The notes under the pieces: model-generated
Told to the model about the DNA's origin: nothing
Database searches by the model: none
What the model saw: the letters and a program-made list of their open reading frames with translations, nothing else
In this document: in pieces, positions 14,001 to 26,875 of the stretch
Layout: each line of letters starts with the position of its first letter
How positions within the stretch are numbered: position 1 is the stretch's first letter
Assembly (NCBI GenBank): GCA_964016885.1
Contig: OZ024740.1
Location: 361,026,001-361,090,000, forward strand
DNA length: 64,000 nt
Direction: 5' to 3'
Source of the DNA: Eledone cirrhosa
Lineage: Eukaryota
Program-made: the position numbers and the translations under genes

Positions 14001-14430
14001 TATATATATATAATGAAGGAAGTGTGGTAAGGAACCAGGTGGACCATAACGCACCAGAGTACTCGATACTTTGGGTAGTAGAGTGGGTAATATGAAGAGT
14101 CAGAACCCCGACGGCAGAGCTCAAGCCATTTAGACAGCTATTTCTGGACTAAATTAAATTTTTAGCGTGGTATTGATATAGCCGAACTCTTCAAGGGGTA
14201 TTTCCATATATGGGCATGCAATAGTCAGGTGTTTCTGAAAGTTGTAGTTATCAAAAGGAGTGGTCGAAGTTCTTTGTGAACACAGTTAAATCTTTCATGG
14301 CAGCGGGTAGGGGGTGGCTGAACTTGCCTGTAGAACAAAGAGGGAGTATATATATATATAGGTGATCAGTAGTGAAACATATGTAATATGTAATTAAATA
14401 TGTATATGATGCAACACTGATTCGTTGTTC

Positions 14431-14476
<46 letters not shown>

Positions 14477-15429
14477 AGAGAGTGAGAGAGAGATACACAA
14501 ACACACAAATAACATTTATATATATATATATATACCAAGTACATGCTGTAAACTGGTGAGTGATAGGAAGCCTGCCAAACAAAGGGTTGGGAAGGCCCTT
14601 CAGCTGTGTCAAGGACATGAAAAATTCTCTAACATTGGTGCCATAATAAAATGCACTCAGTAAGCGTGTGATTATGTATCAGGCTCCTGGCCTACCTGGA
14701 GATCAATGGCTCCGCTTAAGTACTGACCAGTCTGTGATAACATGTCCAAAGCTTGCTAGAAGGGAAAACAGAGATTAAACATTGATGATGATTTCTGTGT
14801 GTACGTACGTACATACATACTAGTAATCTTACATTATGGGCAACTGCCATTGATATAAAATAAACTATATATATACATACAAATATATGTATGTATATAT
14901 GTGTGTATTTATATATATAAGATATTGGGAGGACTCTCTAGTGCTGGTGCCATGATAAAATGCCTCTTGTACACTCTGTAAAGTGGTTGGTGTTAAGAAA
15001 GGCATCTAGCTGTAGAAACTATGCCAAAACCAGAATGTGTTGTAAACAAAACATAACTCTTGCCTGGGAGGACAGTAAATCTGATTAAGTACTGACATGG
15101 TCTAAGGCAACACAACCAATCCATGCAAGCATGGAAAAACGGACATATGATGATCATGTATGACATAATGTGTAATTTATGTAATTTTATGTAAGAATAT
15201 AGAGTTTTCATGTGGGTGTGTATGTATGAATCTATCTACATATGTATGTATCTATCTAGGTATATATGTATGTATCTATGTACATATGCATTTCTTTGTA
15301 TGTATGTGTCTACATATGTATATTCTATGTATGTATTTACATATGTGAGATGAAATCAAGAGAAAGGATCAACTAGATCTGTCAAAAACATCAACAACCA
15401 CAACAAAACATTAAGAATAAGCAATAACA

Positions 15430-15720
15430 AAACTTCTAAAAGCTTTAACAACTACAACCACAAGCAACACAACAGCCTTAAACAACAACTATAACCACAA
15501 CCAACACAACCACCCAGGACAAAGACCACTACAACCACAACTACAACCAACACAACCACCAAGATCAAGGACCACAACTACAACCAACACAACAACCAAG
15601 GACAATGACCACTACAACTGCAACCAACACAACCACCAAGAACAAAGACCACTACAACCACAACCATAGTCAACACAACCACCAAGAACAAGGACCACAA
15701 CAACAACCACCAATACAACA
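15430..15720. repeat. ACAACC-rich minisatellite
   Basis: Units such as CAACCAACACAACCACCAAGAACAAAGACCACTA. Confidence 0.8.
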
Positions 15721-15809
15721 GGATGATCAGATCAGAGCAAGAAACAAAACAGAAGAGTAAAGAAAGAGAAGAAATCAAGAACAGAACTTTCTAGAACTAA
15801 GACGTAGAA

Positions 15810-16310
15810 CGAGATGTTAAAGAGGAAGATACAGCAACACGAGATATTTTAGAGATGAGAATTGTGGCTTGAGAAGTAGAACGAGATATGAGAGAGAGAT
15901 GTAACAACATGAGATGTTAACAACATGAGATGTGAGATGAAAGATGTAACAAAATGTGAGATGAGAAAGAGATATAACAACATCATGAGAGATGAGAGGT
16001 TTAACAAGATGAGATGTAACAATGTGAGATATAACAACATGAGATGTGAGATGAGATATAACAACATGAGATGTGAGACGAGAGACGTAACAACATGAGA
16101 TGTGAGATGAGAGATGTAACAACATGAGATGTGAGATGAGAGATGTAACATGAGATGAGAGATGCAACAACATGAAATGTGAGATGAGACATGTAACAAC
16201 ATGAGATGGGACATGTAACAACGCGAGATGAGAGATGTAATAACACGAGATGTGAGATGGAGACACAGACGAGAGAGAGACATATTACAACATAAGATGT
16301 GAGAGGAGAA
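15810..16310. repeat. minisatellite GAGATGTAACAACATGAGATGTGAGATGA (~27-29 bp)
   Basis: Many degenerate tandem copies; the reverse complement is rich in TCAT/TCAC. Confidence 0.9.
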
Positions 16311-16355
16311 AATTGTGATTTGAGTTGAGTGTAAAGAAGTTTTTTCTAGACTTAC

Positions 16356-16479
16356 CGTCCTCAATGGAGGGCAGAATTGGTGGCATTTCCACCTGCACAT
16401 CACTGAGTTCACGTAGGCACAGCCAGTCACCATCCACTGACACCCGAAAATTGCACAGGTAGATCGTCTCCTGGGCCAT
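16356..16479 (-). CDS. RUFY3: RUFY-family (RUN and FYVE domain protein) exon with RUFY3-type N-terminal motif
   Basis: Translates MAQETIYLCNFRVSVDGDWLCLRELSDVQVEMPPILPSIED, matching the recalled vertebrate RUFY3 N-terminus METIYLCKFRVSMDGEWLCLREL. Ends at a phase-1 donor G|GTAAGT at 16356/16355. The frame stays open upstream to a candidate phase-1 acceptor CCGCAG| at 16662/16661. The symbol marks the closest paralog; an invertebrate gene would likely be co-orthologous to RUFY1/2/3. Confidence 0.85.
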
Positions 16480-16715
16480 AATCCCGACACCTCCAGCCCC
16501 GGGGCCGCCTCCTCCCCCACCCTCCTCATCAGCGATGCCATTGCCCCTAGCCCCGCCGCACGCCCCACCATCACCGACATCGCTGGCACCAGCCCCACCG
16601 CCACGTCCACTGCTGTCAACACAGCAGGCTGGGGTGTACGTTGCCTGGATGGAGGAAATGGCTGCGGACGCCAGTGTGATGGTTTGGTGAAAATGGTGAT
16701 GATTGAGGTGGAGAG

Positions 16716-16895
16716 AGAAGAAGAAAAGAAGAAGAAAGGAAGAAGAAAAGAAGAAGAAGCAGAAGAAGCAGAAGAAGCAGAAGAAGAAGAAAAAGAAGAA
16801 GAAAAAGAAAAAGAAGAAAAGAAGAAGAAAAGAAGAAGAAGAAGAAAAGAAAAAGAAGAAAAGAAAAGAAGAAAAGAAGAAAAGAAGAAGAAGAT
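16716..16895. repeat. (GAA)n/(GAAAA) polypurine tract
   Basis: About 180 bp almost entirely A/G on the plus strand. Confidence 0.95.
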
Positions 16896-17339
16896 TGAAA
16901 GAACAAAAGGAAGGGGTTGGGTTAGATAAGGAGGTTTACGTTAGAAATAAACAGGTTTTTGTTTCAGGTGTGCAGTACAGATTCAACAGGAGTTGCCAAA
17001 TGTTGCAAGGGAGTGTAGCAATTGCAGCAAAGAAGAATATAAAAAAATGTGCAGAAGAACGTCTTATTATTGCAATTACATATGTGGCTGGTGCAACATT
17101 AAAATATTGGTGATAATGACGATGAATGCAGTGGTGGTAACAATGGCAGGCAGGCAGTGCGCGGAAGCCCGCTCGCTCTCTCTCTCTCTCTCTTTCTTCC
17201 CCCCCAGCAACTTCAGGTTAACCGGAGGCAAGCTTCAATGGTAAATGTTGCCCTCCTTTAACAGCCTCAATGGAAACACACGGTAACAGGGAACACCTTC
17301 CTCTCTGTGTGTGTCTTTAACTGGCAACTGCTGTTGGTG

Positions 17340-17880
17340 GTAGCAACATACACAACTGCTACTGCAACTACTACTACTACTACTACTACTATTGTTGGTG
17401 GTGGTGGTGGTGGTGGCACTGCTGTTGTTACTGCTATGACTGCTGTTGCTGCTGAAGGTGGTGGTGGTTTTGCTGTTGCTACCGCTGTTAAAACTACTGT
17501 TGCTGGTGGTGCTACTGTGACTGCTGCTGCTTGGACTACTGTTGCTGCTCTAACTACTGTTGCTTCTTCTCTCACTGCTGCTACTGCTACTACTACTGTT
17601 TCTACTGCTGATGATGGTGCTATTGTGACTACTGTTACTGTTGCTGCTGTGACTGCTGCTGCTGTTATGACTACTGTTGCTTCATCTCTCATTGCTGCTG
17701 ATGCTGCTACTATTACTACTACTCTTGCTGCAGTTAACATTGCTCTGTAGCAGCTACCATCACCACCACTACTATCACCATCGCCACACCCACCACCTCT
17801 ACTACTGCAGCTGCTGTACAACTGCTACAGTAGCAACTGTTAATGACAATGATGATGATATCAACAATGATAATAATGGT
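17340..17880. repeat. compound trinucleotide repeat (CTA/CTG/GGT then CAC/GAT)
   Basis: Low-complexity triplet sequence. Confidence 0.9.
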
Positions 17881-18490
17881 TTCTAATGTAGGCACAAGGC
17901 CAGCAATTTTGGGGCAGGAGTAAGTCGGTTAAATGAACCCCAGTACATGGTTCGTACTTTATTTTACCCCTCTCCCTCAGAAGGATGAAAGACAAAGCTG
18001 ACATCGGGTAATAATTTAGGCACAAGGCCAGCAATTCTTAGAGAAAGGGGAAAGTTGACTGAAATCAACCCTAGTATTTTACTTGTACTTTATTTTACTG
18101 ACCCCAGAACAATGAAAGGTAAAATTGACCTCTGGAAATAATTTAATCACAACAGCAACAATTCAGTGTGAAAGAAGACACCAGTAATTGATAAGGACTT
18201 TATCTTAACCCTGGAAAGATGAAAGGTAAAGTTGACCTCGGTATGATTTGAAATCAGAACACAAAAGAGCCAGAACTAGATACTGTAAAGCATTTTATCC
18301 AATGCTCTAACATTTCTACCAACATGCTGATGATAATGATTCCTACATGTTAGTACAGAAAGGGGGTATGGAGAAATAAACAATTAAATTGACCCCAGTA
18401 ATTTGACAGATACTAATTTTATTGATTCAGCTGGTAAAATGAAATGTGAAGTTGGATGAAATGTAAAGTTGGATTTGAACTCAGAACGTT
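17880..18490 (-). mobile_element. cluster of partial family B SINEs
   Basis: GGCACAAGGCCAGCAATT...GATGAAAGG-type cores repeated three to four times. Confidence 0.7.
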
Positions 18491-20179
18491 TATATAAATA
18501 TATACATCAACATCATCACCAGTTAACACCTATTTTTCCACGCTTGCGTGGGTTAGACAGGGTGTCACATTATGAGACAATTCAGTTCAGGTGACCATGT
18601 CTTGCTTATACAAATCTGTATTTTGGCTTGGTTTCTATGGTTGGATGGCCTTCCTAATGCCAACCAGAGTGAACTTGGCTCTTTTTATTGTGGCACCAAA
18701 ACAGCCATCTAACAGGGTGGACTGAGTACTTTTTCATCATGTCATCAGCACAACCACCGTATAAGGTCTACTGGGTATTTTTCATGTCATTAACATAACT
18801 GTCTTACAGGCATGATGGACTGGGTGCTTTGTTGTTATAGCACTAAATCACCACATGGGGTGGACCTTTTTTTGCATGGTTTGGAAGGAGTGGTGTATCA
18901 GGGGCATGAGGGGCAACATGTATGCAGGTTTGACATAGGCAAAGTGTGTAGGTGACTAGCTGGTGAGGGAAGGTTGGGAGGTCTTAAGGTAAAAAGCCGA
19001 AGATTGGTGCAGACTAGTGTCTTCTACATGTTTGTTTCATACTGTGCACATGGGAGGGCAGGTCTTCTGCAGTACAGCACAATGCCAGATCTCAATCCTG
19101 AGTCATTTCCATTGTGAGGTTTGATTGGGCAAGGTGAGCTTTTATCACTTCATTCCAAGCTTTCTAGGTCTTCCTACTCCATAGCTTCCATCAACTTTCC
19201 ACATTAGCATAGGTTGCTCTTGCTAATGTCAAATACTTTACAGAGTGTATTGAGTGTGTTTTATCATGGCACTAACACTAGAGAAGTCTTTTGTCCTTGA
19301 CATGACTGAAGAGTCCTTTCAACCCTTTGCCTGGCTTGGTTTCTACAGCTGGATTCTTTTCCTAATATCAACCACTTTACAGATTATTGGCACCAACACT
19401 TGGGAGGATGTCATGGCCTTGACATGACTGAAGAGTTCTCTCAACACTTAATATATAAAAGTCAATGTATGTATATATGTGTGTCTGTGTGTGTGCATAC
19501 GTATGCATGCATGTATTGCTATATGTATGTCTGTATAAGCCTGTTTGCCTGTATATCTGTATCTATGTTTGTCTGCTGGTATGTGTGAATGTATGTATGT
19601 TCCAAGCTGTCATCTATGCTTTGTACCTAGAAAGTTGGAATTTTGCAAAAGATACATCTTTTCAAGAAGGTAGTGGGTTATGTGACTTTTCCCTCCTATA
19701 TTTTTTTATATTTCTTTACTGGTTTCAGTTGTAGGACTGTGGCCATACTGGGGCACCACATTCGGGAATTTAGTAAATCATCAACCTCAGCACTTATTTT
19801 ATTGATCTCTATTTCTCAAACCACTAAGTTATTGGACAAATCCAAACAATAGCGTATTAATGATAATAACTCTACCCAGGATCACCCTTACTCCCTAAAA
19901 TCTGAAGACACCGGTCCTACTCCCTTATAACACACCTGAAGGAATGTAAGTGAGAAGGAGGCCCCAGACCATCTAAGCAATCAGTGGCTCTGCTTGAGCT
20001 CTGACTCACTTTTGGTGGCCCATCCAACCCTTGCTAGTAACATGAACAGCTGTTAAATGATGATGAATGATATCAATATTAATAATAATTATGACAATTT
20101 CTTGATATATTTTATCAGCTTATGATTTCTTATATCATAACAAGATCGATAATGTTTTTATTTATGATTATAAGGCTAA

Positions 20180-21962
20180 TAATGACGGTAACGATAATGA
20201 TGTTAATGATGACAATGTTCACAACAGTGATGATGATAATGTTGATGGTAACAATGGTGATGACGCTGATGATGTTTACAACAGTGATTATGATGATGGT
20301 GATGTTTACAACACTGATGATGATGGTAATGACGATGTTTACAACAGAGATGATGATGTTGATGGTAACATCGGCAATGTTGTTTACAACATTGATGATA
20401 ATGGTGATGACAATAGCAACAATGATGATGAAGGTGTTTACAACAAGCGATGAGGACGATGATAATGTTGATGGTAAGAGTGATGATGATGTTGATGGTA
20501 ATGATAATGTTGATGATGTTTACAACAGTGATGATGATGGTGGTGACGACAGTAACAATGGTGTTGATGATGTTTACAACAGTGATAATGATGGTGATGA
20601 CGTTGATGGTAACAATGGTGATGAGGATGATGTTGTCAACAGTGATGATGATGGTGATGACGATGATAAAGAGAATAATCCTACTGCTATTGATTATTGC
20701 TGCTGATATTAGTGATTATGGTGGTGGTGGTGGTGGTAACGATGGTATTGATGATAGTGGTGGTGGTGGTGGTAATGATGGTATTGATGGTGGTGGTGGT
20801 GGTGGTAACGATGGTATTGATGATAGTGGTGGTGGTGGTGGTAATGATGGTATTGATGATGGTGGTGGTGGTGATGGTATTGATGGTGGTGGTGGTAACG
20901 ATGGTATTGATGATAGTAGTGGTGGTGGTGGTAATGATGGTATTGATGGTGGTGGTGGTGGTGGTAACGATGGTATTGATGATAGTGGTGGTGGTGGTGG
21001 TGGTGGTAATGATGGTATTGATGGTGGTGGTGGTGGTGGTAACGATGGTATTGATGGTGGTGGTGGTGGTGGTGGTAACGATGGTATTGATGGTGGTGGT
21101 GGTGGTGGTAACGATGGTATTGATGGTGGTGGTGGTGGTGGTAACGATGGTATTGATGGTGGTGGTGGTGGTGGTAACGATGGTATTGATGGTGGTGGTG
21201 GTAACGATGGTATTGATGGTGGTGGTGGTGGTAACGATGGTATTGATGGTGGTGGTGGTGGTGGTGGTAACGATGGTATTGATGGTGGTGGTGGTGGTGG
21301 TAACGATGGTATTGATGGTGGTGGTGGTGGTGGTAACGATGGTATTGATGGTGGTGGTGGTGGTGGTAACGATGGTATTGATGGTGGTGGTGGTGGTGGT
21401 GGTAACGATGGTATTGATGGTGGTGGTGGTGGTGGTAACGATGGTATTGATGGTGGTGGTGGTGGTAACGATGGTATTGATGGTGGTGGTGGTGGTAACG
21501 ATGGTATTGATGGTGGTGGTGGTAACGATGGTATTGATGGTGGTGGTGGTAACGATGGTATTGATGGTGGTGGTGGTGGTAACGATGGTATTGATGATAG
21601 TGGTAGTGGTGGTGGTGGTGGTAACGATGGTATTGATGGTGGTGGTGGTGGTAACGATGGTATTGATGGTGGTGGTGGTAACGATGGTATTGATGGTGGT
21701 GGTGGTGGTAACGATGGTATTGATGATAGTGGTAGTGGTGGTGGTGGTGGTAATGATGGTATTGATGAGTGGTGGTGGTGGTGGTAATGATGGTGGTGGT
21801 GGTGGTGGTGGTAATGATGGTGGTGGTAATGATGGTGGTGGTGGTGGTGGTGGTAACGATGGTATTGATGATAGTAGTGGTGGTGGTGGTAACGATGGTA
21901 TTGATGATAGTAGTGGTGGTGGTGGTAATGATGGTATTGATGATAGTGGTGGTGGTGGTGGT
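20180..21962. repeat. GAT/GGT compound array with higher-order unit (GGT)nAACGATGGTATTGAT
   Basis: About 1.2 kb (20720-21962) of nearly homogeneous units with variable GGT number, preceded by a degenerate GAT array. Confidence 0.95.
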
Positions 21963-21994
21963 AATACTTTATCACATACTGTTATTGCTAAGAG

Positions 21995-22582
21995 TACACA
22001 TACTACTACTACCACCACCACCAGTGCTATGAGTATTATTATTATTACCACTACTATTGCTACTATACCAGCACTACCACTGCTACTATACTACTACCAC
22101 CACCACTGCTGCTACTATACTACTACTACAACCACTACCACTATTGCTATTATACTATTACCACTACCACTACTAATGCTACTATACTACTACCACTACC
22201 ACTGCTACTATACTACTACTACTACCACCACTACTTCTACTGGTGATGTCGCTGTGGTGATTGACTGATTCTGTAACAGCAACAGTTACAGCAGCATGTA
22301 TTAATTATACACAGAGAGGTGCTGTGGATTAATGGGTATTACTAACAATTAATTGCTGTAACAACTACTACCACTACTAACACATCTACTACTACTACTG
22401 ACATATCTAATACTACTACTAGTACTACTGAAGCTATTACGACAGCTACTGATACTACTACGACTATTATTGTTGCTTCTGTGGTGGTTACTATTACTAC
22501 AACTACTAACACTACCACTTCCACCATCACCACATCTAGCACTACTGCTACCACCACCACCACTACTACTACTACTACTACC
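21995..22582. repeat. (CTA/CCA)n trinucleotide array
   Basis: Low-complexity ACT/ACC triplets. Confidence 0.9.
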
Positions 22583-22709
22583 ACACAGAGGAGACATTCA
22601 TCCCCAAGTGATGAGAACAATGTGGTTGAAGTACAACTTCAACAAGGGGCATTAATCTATAGGAAACCCTCTCCATGTAATACTTGGAGCTAACACAACC
22701 GCTAAAGCT

Positions 22710-23020
22710 AACTAGGCAGTCACCTAAGGCTCAGACTTCAAAGAGGTGCATTACTGAACCTTAAAGGATCACAGTTTTATACAAATATGTCTAATTAAAC
22801 TAAACATATAATAATTTCCTGCAATCAATAAATAAATCACTTGACCTGTTTGCTGTGTAGTCAGGGCCAGTGCTATCATTAGGGACAACTAGGTAGTCAT
22901 CTAGGGCTCAAACCTCAAAGAGGTGCATTACTGAACCTGAAAGGATCACAATTTTATAAAAAAATATGTATAATTAAATTAAATATATAATAATTTCCTG
23001 CAATCAATAAATAAATCACT
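22710..23020. repeat. direct duplication (~177 bp period), probably a hAT-like element end
   Basis: AACTAGG.AGTCA.CTA.GGCTCA...AAAGAGGTGCATTACTGAACCT.AAAGGATCACA...AATAAATAAATCACT occurs twice; the second copy is preceded by CAGGGCCAGTGC. Confidence 0.7.
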
Positions 23021-24485
23021 GTATATCTTTGCTGTATAGCAGCACCGTGGAAATATCAAAAGCAATGGAGAAGGTCATATTTGGTTATGAGCTGTCAAAT
23101 GATTTGGCATTGATGAGTATGAACTGTATAGTAGAAAATGTAGGCTTAGTAATTTTCTGCATGTGGTCAAAGAAAGAAGTGTTAAAACCTAGGTTCATTA
23201 GCTTAACAAACCCTAATTTCAAATTATTTCATTTGGGAGAATAAGGCACATAACTGAAAGAATGTGGTACACATTGTAGATCTAGTCAAGGGTATTAAAT
23301 ACCCTGATCCCAGCTCTGTGCCTAAAGATTATTGTCTGGATATGGAGGGAATTTGTGGCATCAAGAACAGAGAGGTTGTTGGGGCTCATCTAAGGTTAAG
23401 AAACTAAATCTTTTTTTTTTTAAATCTTTCCGGCAGTACCTTTGGAGATGTCACTGGAAGAAAAAGCTGTCATTCTGCAGTAAATTGGAATGACTGTCAT
23501 GGTGTGCTGCCATTTGACTTCAGGGTTTCCTTGACATCATCAATCCATGTATCCACAGGTCAACCTTTGGCTTTGTGCTTTGTGGCCAGACATCCATGTA
23601 TTATTCACATTATGGGCTAGCTACTAGGTAGGTTGGCATTTTCATGACATGTCCAAACCATTGCACTGCTAGGTCAACTTCTGGTCATGATGGACTACGT
23701 AACAATTGATTGGTTTTGTCCCTATCATTAATAAACAACCAATACCAAGATATTTGTGTACAGAGAGATGGTAGCATGTTGAACTAAAAACAAAAACCTA
23801 ACAGGTAGTTAATTTCATCTTTCATCCTACATTCTAACATCAAATTCCTATGTTGTCAGTTCTACTTTTCATCTCTCTCTTGGTTTGGTAAAAGTAGCAT
23901 CAAGCATAAACTGAGGTTGAATCATATTTCTGGCCTTGTGCCAAAGTCAGACACTTATTACAAGGAGGTGGATGGTGGAATTGGTAGAACACCAGACAAA
24001 ATGTCTAGTGTATATTCAGTAACATTGCCTTATGTTAACAGTTCAAAGACAGCAGGGGTTGTGCGGTTGTTCTCATTGGGGACACCTGCTTGGTATACAG
24101 TGGATCTGCTAAGGTCAAGATAAATGTTTCCAAAACTTTTTTAACTCCCAACATATTTTAGAACAAGTAAACATATTTTGGTGCACTTTGTACTTAAATT
24201 CTAAAATATATTCAAACTTATACATATTACCCCCACAAAGAAGAAATATAGATGTTAAAAATAAAGGAAATTATTTGTATTTGCTTCTTTACTCAACATC
24301 TACACACTATCTATCCAATCAACATCTACACAGTGTCTATCTATCCAGCCAATAAATACATACTGCTTGTAACTATCCAGCCCACATCTAAACATTATAT
24401 CTATCCAGTCAACATCTACATACTGTTTCTATCTATCCAGTTAACATCTACACATTGTACCTATATATTCAGTCAACAGCTACAG

Positions 24486-24896
24486 CAGTGGTTCCCAAAC
24501 CTTTTTTTGTACTTCCAGCTCACTTTAGAACAACTAGAAATATTTTGGTGCACTTTGTACCTAAATTATAGAATTTATTCAACAGAAGTATTTATAAATA
24601 TTAGCACAGCATAAAGTAGAAATATAGATAATTAAAAATACAAAAAAAAATATCTGTACTTCCTTCTTTAGTCAATAAATGGAGCAAAGTTATCAATGAG
24701 AAAAATGTACTTGGTGTTTTTTGGCAATGTTTTTATTCATAATTTTGTTGTTTCACATTTTGACAGTTATGTATGAATTTGATTACACATTTCAATTTCT
24801 GTTTTACATTTTGAAAATAGTCTTGTTTTACAATGCACAACTAATTACATTTTATGGGACATGAGTGTACCGAGGGGCACAGTTGAGGAACCACTG
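24486..24896. mobile_element. hAT (Charlie-like) MITE
   Basis: Termini CAGTGGTTCCCAAAC ... GTTGAGGAACCACTG. No clean TSD. A related partial copy lies at about 24120-24295. Confidence 0.6.
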
Positions 24897-26433
24897 GTAT
24901 AAACTACTTAGTGGTCAATTTGAGGGGTTGTTAGAGTTCCACACTGAGAACTCAATACATGCTTAGGTACAAAATAGATATAGAAATATAGTAAAATCTT
25001 AATATTGATATTTTACTGTATTTTTGTGAGTGGACTGTTTTCCTGCTCCTACGATCCCCTCTTCCTTCCTCCCTCAGTCTCCATTCTTGTCCCCTCATTC
25101 CCTCTTCTGTATAACATTCTAATATTTCCCAATTCCTGTCAACCCCTCTCTTTGTATGTGCTTGTATCTAACTTCAGTACAAAATTGTCCATCACCAAAT
25201 CAGGTTTGTGCCCAAATGTCTCATTCCACTTTTTAGCTTTGTTTTTTAAGACATTGTATATCTAAGATTACATTGGGCAATATGCTCTTCAATTCAATTC
25301 ATTTATTTGGACAAAAAAATCTACAGTAATTATTAAATAACCATGAAAGGTCAAAATTGAAGGCAAAATCTTTTACATCTTATAACTGAAACAAGAGAGA
25401 GAGGGGGGGGGGTTATTCCAATTAAATTAGCCAAAAAAGCTGGGAGGACTCTTCAATTGTGTCAAAGACATAACACCCTCTCTTGTGCGGGTGCCTTTGG
25501 TATAACGTGAAGACTGTACGCAAGTGAGATGCAGACCTCTGGCTTGTCTAGAGATCAGCAGCCCCACTTTAGTACTAACTTGTCTGTAAAGACCTGTCCA
25601 GCCCTTGATAGCAGGGAAATCAAACATTAAACAATGATGATGATAATGAATGTTTCATCATCGTCATCATTCAATGCCAATTTTGTATGCTAGCATGGGT
25701 TATGATTTACAAAAGGAATAAAACAATTTTAAAAAAAGTCAGAAAAGAAAAAAAAACAAGATGATGTTGCCTTCTAAAAATGTTTGAGGGAAGTCAAAAC
25801 CTGGTGATAGTGAGGCTAAGGCACTAGAATAGCCAAGCAACCTCAAGAGCATTACTTGAATAAGGTGAGCTAACAGCAAACAATAATGATATGATCTTCA
25901 TTGTATGTGGTCCAGCTACTCTCTAAACATCTGGAGTGCCACAAGCTGAAAGATGCATTTTCTGTTAAATTATGATATTCCAGTAGTATGTTCATCAATA
26001 GTAAAAAGAGTCAACTACTGGGGTAGATTTAATCAACTCTTTCGCCCACCTTCTTTCGGAAATTTATGGCCTTGTTAGATCTCTAAAACAAACACAGGAT
26101 AAACATACAGAACAGTAGCAGTCTAGTTGATAAATAACAGGAAGGACAGTTTTAACTTTTAACGTCCTGTAGCACATAAAACCACATTAGCAAGGTATTC
26201 TTGAAAAGTATAAATGAGTATTCTGACTGAATCACGTCAAAACATTGAATACTGTAGATTTTCACAATGATCTGTCCACTAGTTAATATACTATAAGCGT
26301 TTGAATTAACAAACCACATGCAGCCACATAAGCAACACATTCTTGAAATGTACAAATCAGGACTATGACTTATCTCATAGAAAATTAAAGTCTTTATTCA
26401 AATACTGAAAATACTCAAAAAATCTGTCCACTA

Positions 26434-26875
26434 CTAAAGCTCGAGCCGGTGGGATTGGATCGAGGTGATAGCAAAATGCCAGACGGTATGACCATCTTCC
26501 TGTTCCGCAGTGGCAAACCTCTCGTCTGGGATGCCACTTGCAGCGACACTTTCTCCAGCCGCAACCTGGTGCAGTCTGCGACTAACCCAGGTACTGCTGC
26601 ACAGATTTGCGATCGTGCCCTTGGCAGTGGAGACTTCTGGTGTCCTTGGCCCTAGGGCTACCTCCCTATTCACCACCATAAGCGCTGAGCTAGCCAGCCG
26701 CAGGTGTGAGCCTCGCGAGTTGGAATGGCTCTTCCAGCGCATCTCCCTTACCATCCTCCGGGGAAACGTCTTCTCCATCCTGTCCACCGGGGCTGTGGGG
26801 AGGCCAGCACATGGGACTCCATTTGCTCACTATATGGATTAATAGGCAAAGTTATAAACTATTGTAAATAAATGT
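26434..26875 (+). mobile_element. 3' end of CRE-clade-like non-LTR retrotransposon (restriction-like endonuclease region)
   Basis: PDG...LVWDAT, VPLAVETSGVLG and LFQRISLTILRGN motifs across a frameshift or deletion; GC-rich relative to flanks. Confidence 0.8.

Noticed and set aside
15849-16622. 257-aa minus-strand ORF
   Set aside because: Different frame from the conserved RUFY motif and runs through the donor into minisatellite.
16684-17113. Lys/Glu/Arg-rich ORFs
   Set aside because: Translations of the GAA tract.
17267-17821. Ala/Thr/Val-rich ORFs on both strands
   Set aside because: Trinucleotide low-complexity sequence with no homology evidence.
20687-22268. Long ORFs of 419-523 aa (poly-Val/Met, Thr/Ile, Pro/Ser)
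   Set aside because: By-products of a stop-free triplet repeat; no recognisable domain or gene structure.
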